DNA of 64,000 bases from Paraphysomonas bandaiensis. Taxonomy: Eukaryota > Protista > Chrysophyceae. Shown here in pieces: positions 13,208 to 23,009 of the stretch. Under the pieces are notes generated by a model. The model saw only the letters and a list, made by a program, of their open reading frames with translations. It was not told the origin of the DNA and ran no database searches. A program made the translations under genes and the position numbers. Each line of letters opens with the position of its first letter. The stretch's first letter is position 1. The stretch lies in the NCBI GenBank assembly GCA_965644295.1, contig CBFFRP010000263.1:186001-250000 (forward strand). The letters are read 5' to 3'.

Positions 13208-14464
13208 ATGAGCAGGATGTTAGGAATTACGTTTTTAGTGTTGCTATGTGTGCTTACTACCTGCCAGCGTGCTTGTGATAAGTACGATGAATTACGAGAG
13301 GCCTCTCTGCCTATAGTTAAGAGGCCGAAGCCAGATAAGTCAAGTGCGATTGGAAGAATATTTGCTAGGTTAGATAAAGTAAATGCAACAAAACATTGGG
13401 ATAAATCACTCCCGATGCCTTACTATCGTTGGGAATGCACCTCAGAAAGTCTTACTGGGAAGCTATGTATATGGATGATGCCCTACGCTTACCTTGTGGG
13501 TATGTCTAAATGCGGGACCACAGCACTTTGCAACAAATTGGAACTCTATCCTCAGATAAAGTTCTATTACACTAAGGAGGTAAATATCTTTTCTAAACAC
13601 CCTCTGGATGATTATTGGTCGGAATTTGAAGGAAAGGTGGTGGAGAGAAGCACCACGATGAATGATCTCGGAAAGTATTGGTTCGATTGTAGTGGTGGAA
13701 CCTACCGAGATTTAAATGCGGCGGCATACTTAAGAAAATATAGTCCTCACACAAAGCTTTTGTTCATTGTCCGAGATCCTTGGCAGAAGCTAGGCTCTTA
13801 TCTGACTATGCTGCACCGGGATGGCAAGTATGCACAGGATTATGTGCGACTAAAGAGAGGATTTCAGCAGATGTACAGGTCTCTGCAACATAGTGAGTCT
13901 CTGAATAGTGCGAAACGCTATGAATCCAGTGTGATAAAGGAGATAGCTTCTCACCCAGTGGTGGGACAGTTCTTGTTTGCAGAGAAGATGATATATTGGC
14001 ATGCTGCATTCGGTACACATCGATTGTTGGTGCTTGATAGCTATGATCTTGAAACTTCTCCTAGAGCAACAATGGTTACTATTGAGAGGTATTTGAGACT
14101 CCCACACAAAAACTTCAGTGATGTTCAACTGTATGGCACGTCTCACAACACAATACGGCCTCTACACGATAGTGGGACTACTTCTAAACCAGAGTCTTCC
14201 GAGGTCGAAGGACTAGATACAACTGCGTATAAACAATTCATATCAAAAGGAAAATTTAAGGTATCACAAGATCCTCTGGGGAAAATTCGTGCAGAGAAAG
14301 CTATGCATCCTAATGCGAGTGGAGCTTCCTTACGAATTCACCCTCCGTATAAGCTAAAAGACAAGGACCTACTCCTGTACACGGAAAAGATATTTGACCC
14401 ATCACTATGCTTGTTTGAAAAGCTATTTAATAAATCTATATTTTTATCGGATCACAAGCATTAG
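13208..14464 (+). CDS. P-loop sulfotransferase-family protein with N-terminal signal/anchor, intronless
   Basis: 5'-PSB loop YLVGMSKCGTTAL, KEVNIF and 3'-PB KLLFIVRDPWQKLGS, as in heparan-sulfate-type sulfotransferases. Confidence 0.75.
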   Translation: MSRMLGITFLVLLCVLTTCQRACDKYDELREASLPIVKRPKPDKSSAIGRIFARLDKVNATKHWDKSLPMPYYRWECTSESLTGKLCIWMMPYAYLVGMSKCGTTALCNKLELYPQIKFYYTKEVNIFSKHPLDDYWSEFEGKVVERSTTMNDLGKYWFDCSGGTYRDLNAAAYLRKYSPHTKLLFIVRDPWQKLGSYLTMLHRDGKYAQDYVRLKRGFQQMYRSLQHSESLNSAKRYESSVIKEIASHPVVGQFLFAEKMIYWHAAFGTHRLLVLDSYDLETSPRATMVTIERYLRLPHKNFSDVQLYGTSHNTIRPLHDSGTTSKPESSEVEGLDTTAYKQFISKGKFKVSQDPLGKIRAEKAMHPNASGASLRIHPPYKLKDKDLLLYTEKIFDPSLCLFEKLFNKSIFLSDHKH

Positions 14465-14491
14465 TTTGAGATATAGACAGGAGTTTTAATA

Positions 14492-14560
14492 ATTCAGCAT
14501 GTAAGAAGAAAGAAGTATTAGGATTCAGCATGTAAGAAGAAAGAAGTATTAGGATTCAGC
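14492..14560. repeat. 31-bp tandem duplication (2.2 copies)
   Basis: attcagcatgtaagaagaaagaagtattagg x2 followed by attcagc. Confidence 0.9.
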
Positions 14561-14805
14561 TTAACACAAGATAGTATCTTTGAGTTATAATGTTTCAATG
14601 AAATATATTATAAACTGAATTAGAGAGAGTATCGGTTGAAGATACATGATCGTCATCGTAGCGATCGTCATTATCAGTTACACTTCTAAGTATTCCGTTG
14701 TGCATGATAGTTATGTTTTGTATATTCATATTTTCTCACTTTACTGTGTTTATCACTTACATTCTAATAATCACAACGTTGTTTTACTGTTACTAAGATC
14801 AATTC
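14545..14805 (+). repeat. Dispersed repeat copy (TATTAG-starting family)
   Basis: Aligns by eye over ~250 bp with the reverse complement of 47430-47677. Confidence 0.7.
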
Positions 14806-15824
14806 TTTATTAGAAGCAATAGTTATGGATTATGTCAATCGGTATTACATATGATGTGACTTGTACCAATGGCGAATGTACAAATAACCAGTAACCTATA
14901 CATTATACACCAATAAAGACTAATTGAAATATTAATTTATAACCGCGAAACAGTACATTAAATTAACAAAGAAATAATACCTAAGTGACACAAAAACATA
15001 TACATTACTTGCACACTCCGTATTCAAGCATGATTGAGGTTGGTTTCATATAACGTGGACTTCTTCAAGAGCCATAGCAGCAACCGACGCACAGTATTCA
15101 GATAATTCATCTCATGTGCAATCTCCTACAAAGAAGATATTCAAATGTCATAAAGCTTTCAGTAGCATGAGTCTTACAAGAATTCCACGGTTCATATCTT
15201 CAAGTTTCAGTTTCTTGTTTGGTCTGGGAAAAATATCTCCGCACGGCTCACCAGTAATCATAGAGTGTCCCCTCTTTTTAATGTTCTGTCGCACTTTATA
15301 TCTAAATAATATTAACTGACGATATATGTCACACCGATTCGTGATACCTGGCAATGGCTCTTATCTTCCACAGTGGAGTGGACGGAATAAGTACCTTAAA
15401 AGAATGCGGTTTGTGTGATTTCATTCCTGATTATAAACTCTCAATCAGTGCGAATAAACTTGGTAACTGCAGGATACGTTATCACTAAATGTTCATATCT
15501 CAAGTCCAGAGGAAGCTGTCAAGCTGAGCTAGGAGTGTGTGTGTTCTACTCCCTCGATCTTCGCTGTTTTGTCTATGGATTAACTGTACAGAACATTCTC
15601 CTACACATGTATATAGGTACACCCGTATACATTGTATAGATGCTGTAGTCCCCGGTTCGAGAAGACATGAGGAGCAGCAGCATCGCAATTGTTCCAGAAG
15701 TGCAGACAGTGATCTCTGTATGTGTTTGTGGTCACAGCATGCGGAATACACGCATATATAATCCAGACACCACTGCACAGTTAAGGCATTTACACTTGAA
15801 TTCGTTCAAATCCATAACATCAAC

Positions 15825-16230
15825 ATGGTAGGTTGCATATGGTGTTATATTGATGCATTATTGACTAGTGTCGCAGTCTCTCGCCCGTAAATTGCTTCCT
15901 CTTGCTGACCGTGTCTTAGTAAGACGCATCCTCCCTCAGACTAAGGTACACATGCACATATACCCACCATACGCCTTGCTCGTATCTAACACATCATTAT
16001 AGACGGCTGGTGGTATTCTTCTTCCTGAGTCCAAGATTGCCAAGTCAAGTGAAGGCGAGGTGCTGTCTGTGGGTCCAGGATACAGAGCTCACAATGGAGA
16101 TCTTGTCGCCCCCTCCGTTTCTGCTGGTGATAAGGTGCTGCTCCCTGAATTTGGTGGAGTTCACCTGAAATCTGAAGGCGAGGAGATTTATCTTTTCCGT
16201 AACGACGAGATTCTTGCAAAAATCGAGTAA
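15825..16230 (+). CDS. HSP10: Chaperonin 10 (HSP10/GroES family), 3 exons, first exon coding only ATG
   Basis: Spliced translation MSLARKLLPLADRVLVRRILPQTKTAGGILLPES...GEVLSVGPG...GDKVLLPEFGG...LFRNDEILAKIE*; absent from the ORF track. Confidence 0.92.
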
Positions 16231-16566
16231 TTTGTTAGTGGGGTTAGGTAGTTGGTCTGTTGGAAATAATAGTGCACCTTGTATTTTTCATACGACGACA
16301 GGCTCCCGCCATAGTATAATAATTTGAGAAGAAGTAGTAAAATATTTAAGTCATAATTTGTGAAGAAATAGAATTTGATTGCACTATTGTTAGCAGACGC
16401 TGTATGGGTGACATCCATACGTAGTCAACAGATTCCTATATATATTGTTCACTACTGAATCACAACATATACAATAATATTTTGATGGATGTAAATATAT
16501 TGCTGGTTAAGATCTCTCACTAGTTTATTACGATATAAACGATTGCCCCATTTCGAGAGCGTACCC

Positions 16567-16887
16567 TATTGACTAAAGACCATTTTCAGATGATTAAGAT
16601 CGTTGTAAGAGAAGTTTAAGTTAGTCAAACTAGATAGATTACTTTATTATGATTGTATACACAATTGTGTGTGTTGTCATGTAGCACATGTCAACAACAT
16701 GATAAATTATTTCGTTCATGTTAACCACTGCTCAACTTCCGTATCTTGAATCGTCATGATATAATACTTCAGTTTCACAGTTATAGCTATATAGCACCTT
16801 TTGACTATTGACTACGTATTACTGTTTTTCACATTGTATTTAACGTATTCTACAGTACTATCTTAGAGAACCATACGTATTCCAACA
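16567..16887 (-). repeat. 3' LTR of copia element
   Basis: Identical by eye to 21756-22076. Confidence 0.96.
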
Positions 16888-17053
16888 CTCCTCCTCAATG
16901 TAGAAACGAGTAATCGTCATTATACTGCAGCTATATATATCATCTAGTCATCTTAGGATAAAACGGATGTGAAAATCTTCATAAAGATACTGTGAACATC
17001 ACACTTCGCTGTAACACAGTTATGTGGGATTCTTACCCACTAAAAACACACCC

Positions 17054-20000
17054 TTAACCTTTCTTGAACCGCTTCTTCTGATTCTTCTCAACTTCATTTG
17101 AAATGCTCCTCTTTTCCCCTGTGATAGTTTCTTCATGGAGTTTAAAGAGCTTTGTAGATAACGCTTTTGTAAATATGTCGGCCGCCATATCCTTAGTCGA
17201 TACATGAATCAATCTGGCTGTAGGAAACCTTCCATTTACGTGTTCCCGAACCCAGTGGTACTTTATCTGAATATGTTTTGATCTTTTGTGATAGACTGGA
17301 TTTTCTGACAGATCTTTTGCACTCTTGCTGTCCATGAAGAATGGGGTTGGCTTCGTCAATGCGAGTCCTAGCTCTCGTAACACCCCCCGTAGCCACACCA
17401 GTTCTTGCATGGCCGCATATTCAGCCATATACTCGGACTCCATACTGGAAGTTGCAACTGTAGTCTGCAGTTTGGACTGCCATGCGATTGCTCCAGCACA
17501 TAAGAATACAATATAACCGGTAGTTGAACGTCTCGTTAGTATATCACCTGCCCAGTCCGCATCACTAAATACATGTAAATCAAACTTACTCCCACTGAAT
17601 TTGATTCCTTTGCTGGTGGTGCCTCTCAAATATTTCAATAAATGAATAGCTAAACGACACGATGCGTATGTAGGATTACTGCTGTATCTCGATAGTAATC
17701 CGATTGCATAGGCGAGATCTGGTCTTGTGTGGAGTGCGAGATACAGGATTGCTCCAATAATACTACGATACGGAAATTTTGAGACCCAGTCCTCCTGTTC
17801 TGATGTAAGTTCCCGTTCTGCAGCTAGTAGTTCTTGTGCATTTGATGGCAACGGAGCTTCCTTATTCTTTCTACTGTTTCCCATGACATGGTTGAATTTC
17901 TGAATCACTTTCTCCGCATACTGTGATTGATCTAGTTTGAACCAGTCTTCGCCTCTCGTGATTCGAATATTTAGGAAACTTTGGCACTCTCCCATGTCCC
18001 TCATTTCAAACGTTTGGCAGAACTTGTTCTTGACAAAAACAAGGAATTCAAAATCCACAGATGCGATTATGATGTCATCTACATACAGGAGTAATAACGT
18101 AAGTTTGCCTTGGTGCCAACGATAATATAAGCAGGTATCTAACACGCATGATCTAAACTGCATTGACTTTATGAATTTATCGATGTGGCGATTCCACTGA
18201 CGCGGTGAGGCTCGTAAACCATATAGTGCTTTGATGAGTTTAAAACACCATCCATTGCTGAGCTCCTCATCTGGAGGTGGGTACATGTAGACATCTTCAT
18301 CTAAATTTGCATAACAAAATGCAGAACTGACATCAAGCTGGTGTACATGCATATGGAACATAAAAGCAATTGCAATCACGAGCCTGATAGTTATCCCTTT
18401 GACAACCGGTGCAAATGTAGATGGCTCCTCCTCAGTTTTCTCCTGAAGATTTCCTAGTGCGACTAGTCGAGCTTTATACTTCTGTATGTTGCCTAGTATG
18501 TCACGCTTGAGTTTGTGAACATACTTACATCTGATTAATTTGACCCCAGATGGTCGACGTACTATCTTCAAAACGCCTCTTCGTAAAAGAGCTTTCTTCT
18601 CTATTCGTCTGGCTGTTCTCCATTCTTCCGCTTGAGGGGACCTCTCCGCCTCTAGAAAACTGTTCGGTTCATGGACGTGTTTATTCTCAGTACTCTCCTC
18701 TGAATCCATGACATTTACATCGGCATCCATTACCTCTATCATGTTAATTTCTCCTAACACTGAAGCATTAGCTAGCCTCCTCCGTAAACGCTTACGTTTC
18801 TCTGCATCCCTTTTAGATACTCTCTGTAGGGTATTAGTACTGTTAGAATTTATAGTATCAGTATATTCAGGTACTCCCTGTTTTACTGCTCGATCAGGTT
18901 CTCCCTGAGCTGCATCTGCATCAAGTACTCCTTGAGTCATATCTTCATCAGGTGCTCCCTGACTAATACCATGGTTAACTAGCTGCTCCTGATGGCTCTC
19001 AGGTGCTGGGATAGTGGACGTACTCCGTCCATCAGTGGTACTAGAAGCGTCCCTCGTTCCCGTATATCCCGTGTATCCAGGCGTATTCCTTGTCATTACC
19101 TGAACATCTTCTATATGTATGGGTACCTTCTGCTCAATGTGGGTTCTCCCCGCAGTTACAAGTGACCGATAACCAACAATGACACCCTTTCTTTCTACCA
19201 CTCTGGTGGTCTTGTACAACAGCCCGTCTTCATCGTCTATGTGAAAAGTCTTCACGAGATGCTGATAATCATTCACCGTCTTTGGTCTAGGTGCTGTTCG
19301 TACTCGAAGAGCGTCGATTTCTGCGTAATATTCTTCGGTGCGGGAAGGTATACTCTCATCTGTGAGTATGTGTACACACGTAATTACCTTATCGGTTGCT
19401 GGGAGATACACCTGGTATCCAACTTTATCTTCCGAATATCCCACTAGGTATCCAATCTTTGATTTATCGTCCCAGTCCTTTCGCCTGTCCGCCTTAGGTG
19501 TCAATATATAAGTTTTGCACCCCCATACTCTAAAATATTTCAAACTGGGTGGCTGACCCGTGACATACTCATATGGGGACATGTATCCTCTGTCCGTCCT
19601 TGTAGGGAGTCTGATCAGTGTATAGCGAGCAGCATGATACGCGTCTAACCAGAATGGAACCGGTAGGCCTGACTGCAACAACATCGCCAACGCCATCTCT
19701 GATGCAGTCCTGAATTTTCGCTCCTCTACTGCATTCATTTCCGGACTATCTGTTGAAGACCAAGTATGTTTGTAGCAGCCTTGTGATCTCAAATAGCTCC
19801 TAAGTTCTTGATTTATGAGTTCTCCAGCTCCATCAGCGTGGTAGTGGTCCACTCTCAGCTTATATTGCCTAATCTCTCCTTCGAACACCTCTCTAAAAAA
19901 CTGAATCACTTCTTCTTTAGTACGCTGGTTTACGCCTTTTACCCAGAACATCCTACTCGGGTGATGAGTTAGTTTGATCACGTAGCGCTCATCACCTCGA

Positions 20001-21772
20001 GCGGGAGTATTCAGAAATACTTGCACATCAGCCGATATGTCCGGCTTGACATCCGTATCCTCCTTTGTGTGAAACGAAACTCTCGTAATCTTTGATCTGG
20101 CACATATGCTACAGAGACAAGATTTTTTTAATGCAGTCTTCGATAGGTGCTTCCTCTGCAGATTTGAGCCCGTGAACAACATCCTTCTATGTGCCTCCGT
20201 TAGAGCCCCTTTGTTGAAATGGCCCATTCTCCTATGCAGCAGTTCCAGCTCGTCCTCACCAGTCCTATCGCTAAGATTTACTTCACAATTACTCGGTGTA
20301 GACACATCTGGAAGCTCCAACAGCTGCTGAGTTGGAACTGCAGTCATTCCATTTTTCATGGGTCCCTCCAGTACCAGCTCACCGGTATTACAGTCATAAA
20401 TTTGGATCCCATACCACACCGTGAATCGATAGCCCATTTCGTTCAGCTTACGTCCGGAGCACAGGCATCGATTGATCTGATCTGAAATTTCTATGTCTCT
20501 CCATGCTCCACGGGAACCCACACTTGTGATATGAATCTCTGATCCCTTCTTAGATCCGTTTATCACCTTTGATGTATTCATATGAGTGTCAAGCATGGTC
20601 ACATCATTCATCAAGAACATTGATGATGAACAGCATGTATCTATGTATGTATAGTGTTCAGCAGTACCAATCATACAACATGTGTCACTTTTATCATATA
20701 TATCAACAGCACAGTCATAAAGCATATTCGCTTCGGACTCCGAGTCAGACTCGGTTCCTCCTCTGCGGATATTCTCGAATGTGAAAACCTTCCCAGATTT
20801 CTGGGGTTTCTTGGTCTTTCCAGTCGAATTTCGGGGACATTCGTTCGCGCGATGGTTTTTGGATTTGCATACTCTGCATCCTGTATATTCCTTACTGCCC
20901 GGTCTTTGTCCCTTCGTTTCCCCCTTTTTCTTCCTACATTGTTCTGTATTATGATTGTGTATTATACCTTTCTTCGAGCAATAAGTGCACTTCCTCTTTG
21001 TAGATACTCTCTCTTTCTTTCGAGGCTTTTCAATATGATTCAGCTCCTCCGTGCTCTTGCGCTTCTTCTCTATGATTTTCCTCCCATACTTGGTGTCGTC
21101 GAACTGTTCGATACGTTTGGATAGCAATTCATATGGTACATCATCGGGCATTAAATACAGGGCATAATTCAAACCGTCATATTCATCACTGATAATTCCC
21201 TCCTTCAGCCTACTAATTTTTGATTCTTCCGTTACCGTTTGGTTATGCGCCTGAAGTTCACGAAGAAGCAGCTCAAAACGCAGTACATACTCTTTCGCGG
21301 TCTCCCCTGGCTTCATCTCGAATGATCCAAACTGAGCAAGCAGAGCACTAATCTTGTTTTGTGTTCCCCCTTCAAAACACGATTTAAGAGTGCTAACCAT
21401 CTCTCTGGCGCTGAACTTATTAACTCTTCCTTCAGCTGCCTTGAACTCCTTGTGCTTCAGATGAAACTTCTGCAGCGCCTTCGGAGATCGCTTCACCGCC
21501 TCTCTGCAGTATGAGTAGGCAATTGCATTCGCCTTCCAATACTTGTCCACCGCTTCTTTGTAGGACTTGGTCTCAAGACTATTCAGGGGTTGAATTCCGA
21601 AATCCTCTTCCTCTGGTGGCCTTTCTAGAGCCACCTCACTCTGCTCCTTTCTCATAAGGAACGTCTCAAAGTCTTCGATCCATTGTTCAACGTTGCTCTC
21701 GTCGAACCATGGAACATCAGCTCTATCCTCCTTCTCTCCTCCGCATTCGCTACCATATTGACTAAAGACCAT
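17054..21772 (-). CDS. Copia gag-pol polyprotein (Gag zinc knuckles, protease, integrase, RT, RNase H)
   Basis: CRVCKSKNHRANEC knuckle, YIDTCCS protease, HRRMGH..CSIC and DDE integrase, LKYFRVWGC, KYKARLVALG, LLYVDD, FSDADWAG..RRSTTG, copia domain order. First ATG at 21772 (the ORF track start at 21817 is TTG). Confidence 0.96.
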   Translation of the reverse strand: MVFSQYGSECGGEKEDRADVPWFDESNVEQWIEDFETFLMRKEQSEVALERPPEEEDFGIQPLNSLETKSYKEAVDKYWKANAIAYSYCREAVKRSPKALQKFHLKHKEFKAAEGRVNKFSAREMVSTLKSCFEGGTQNKISALLAQFGSFEMKPGETAKEYVLRFELLLRELQAHNQTVTEESKISRLKEGIISDEYDGLNYALYLMPDDVPYELLSKRIEQFDDTKYGRKIIEKKRKSTEELNHIEKPRKKERVSTKRKCTYCSKKGIIHNHNTEQCRKKKGETKGQRPGSKEYTGCRVCKSKNHRANECPRNSTGKTKKPQKSGKVFTFENIRRGGTESDSESEANMLYDCAVDIYDKSDTCCMIGTAEHYTYIDTCCSSSMFLMNDVTMLDTHMNTSKVINGSKKGSEIHITSVGSRGAWRDIEISDQINRCLCSGRKLNEMGYRFTVWYGIQIYDCNTGELVLEGPMKNGMTAVPTQQLLELPDVSTPSNCEVNLSDRTGEDELELLHRRMGHFNKGALTEAHRRMLFTGSNLQRKHLSKTALKKSCLCSICARSKITRVSFHTKEDTDVKPDISADVQVFLNTPARGDERYVIKLTHHPSRMFWVKGVNQRTKEEVIQFFREVFEGEIRQYKLRVDHYHADGAGELINQELRSYLRSQGCYKHTWSSTDSPEMNAVEERKFRTASEMALAMLLQSGLPVPFWLDAYHAARYTLIRLPTRTDRGYMSPYEYVTGQPPSLKYFRVWGCKTYILTPKADRRKDWDDKSKIGYLVGYSEDKVGYQVYLPATDKVITCVHILTDESIPSRTEEYYAEIDALRVRTAPRPKTVNDYQHLVKTFHIDDEDGLLYKTTRVVERKGVIVGYRSLVTAGRTHIEQKVPIHIEDVQVMTRNTPGYTGYTGTRDASSTTDGRSTSTIPAPESHQEQLVNHGISQGAPDEDMTQGVLDADAAQGEPDRAVKQGVPEYTDTINSNSTNTLQRVSKRDAEKRKRLRRRLANASVLGEINMIEVMDADVNVMDSEESTENKHVHEPNSFLEAERSPQAEEWRTARRIEKKALLRRGVLKIVRRPSGVKLIRCKYVHKLKRDILGNIQKYKARLVALGNLQEKTEEEPSTFAPVVKGITIRLVIAIAFMFHMHVHQLDVSSAFCYANLDEDVYMYPPPDEELSNGWCFKLIKALYGLRASPRQWNRHIDKFIKSMQFRSCVLDTCLYYRWHQGKLTLLLLYVDDIIIASVDFEFLVFVKNKFCQTFEMRDMGECQSFLNIRITRGEDWFKLDQSQYAEKVIQKFNHVMGNSRKNKEAPLPSNAQELLAAERELTSEQEDWVSKFPYRSIIGAILYLALHTRPDLAYAIGLLSRYSSNPTYASCRLAIHLLKYLRGTTSKGIKFSGSKFDLHVFSDADWAGDILTRRSTTGYIVFLCAGAIAWQSKLQTTVATSSMESEYMAEYAAMQELVWLRGVLRELGLALTKPTPFFMDSKSAKDLSENPVYHKRSKHIQIKYHWVREHVNGRFPTARLIHVSTKDMAADIFTKALSTKLFKLHEETITGEKRSISNEVEKNQKKRFKKG

Positions 21773-22076
21773 TTTCAGATGATTAAGATCGTTGTAAGAG
21801 AAGTTTAAGTTAGTCAAACTAGATAGATTACTTTATTATGATTGTATACACAATTGTGTGTGTTGTCATGTAGCACATGTCAACAACATGATAAATTATT
21901 TCGTTCATGTTAACCACTGCTCAACTTCCGTATCTTGAATCGTCATGATATAATACTTCAGTTTCACAGTTATAGCTATATAGCACCTTTTGACTATTGA
22001 CTACGTATTACTGTTTTTCACATTGTATTTAACGTATTCTACAGTACTATCTTAGAGAACCATACGTATTCCAACA
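21756..22076 (-). repeat. 5' LTR of copia element (TGTTG...CAATA)
   Basis: Bounded by the PBS and the TSD. Confidence 0.96.
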
Positions 22077-23009
22077 TACCCTAGTGAAGTGCTAGTGTTG
22101 ACTAAGCTAAGTAACGTATAGATTATTAATAAAAACCTCAGCGTATTCTTTGTGTGTCGGCACCAAGAAAGCTCTAGCTAGATCTACACTATACTTGTAG
22201 AGCCTATATGAGATTACGAGAAACTCCGCGCATTCTAGGGGAGGGACGGGGGCGGCCAATGTCACACTAGACCTATACTGAGTCATGGATGGTCACGAGA
22301 ATCCCCGCGTAATCTTCGTTAGGTAGTAATGGGAAGATGGGAAGGTACACAGAGTCCTACTAGAATCTGCGAGAATTACTTATATAAAAGTCATGCATAG
22401 TTATGAGAAATCCCGCGTAATCTCAGCAAAGGTTAACACAGGTGGGGGAGACAACAGAATCTGCGCGTGATCTATGTGGTCAGCTAAGTTGGTACACGGG
22501 TGGGTGGGTAGTAGAATCAGTGCTATATCTCGGTGTTTTAGGTGGTGCACCAGCCAGCCTACACTATGGCCACGCCCTCGGAATGGGGCAGCGATATCTT
22601 ATCAACCACCCAATAGCCAATAGTGCAGCGATTATAGTCTAAGTGTATTGCGGGGGCTACACTTGCTCAGCCAGCGCTGTATTTCTGTTATACAATTTAG
22701 AAACTCACATGGCAGCTGTAACTGCATTTTGCTTCTAGTCATATACTTAATTAACTCTAGGAGTACCACGAATCATTGTACATCTACGATAAATGTACCG
22801 TTACACTGCTGATATTTAAAAAAATAATCGGCGATAAGTGACAGCCAGAGTCATGTACATCAATACTAAGGTTTATTACTTTTAAACCGTTAGTGACTAA
22901 CTCAGCCTTGATAGACACACTAGTAGGTATAATACTATTAAACTGAAGGCACATAAGACTATTTCAATCAAGATAAACTAAACGCTAACGAAATTTCAGG
23001 TTGGATCAA

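Larger units (their letters stand above)
16567..22076 (-). mobile_element. Full-length Ty1/copia LTR retrotransposon
   Basis: Identical 321-bp LTRs (21756-22076 and 16567-16887); TSD TACCC at 16562-16566 and 22077-22081; PBS TGGTAGCGAATG directly after the 5' LTR; PPT GAGGAGGAG directly before the 3' LTR; single gag-pol ORF. Confidence 0.97.
16544..22664. mobile_element. Older non-autonomous element interrupted by the copia insertion (Helentron/DINE-like layout)
   Basis: 19-bp inverted pair at 16544-16562 and 22572-22590 (17/19); internal GAGAA.YCCGCGTAATCT repeats; hairpin AAGTGTA..TACACTT at 22641-22664. Confidence 0.4.
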
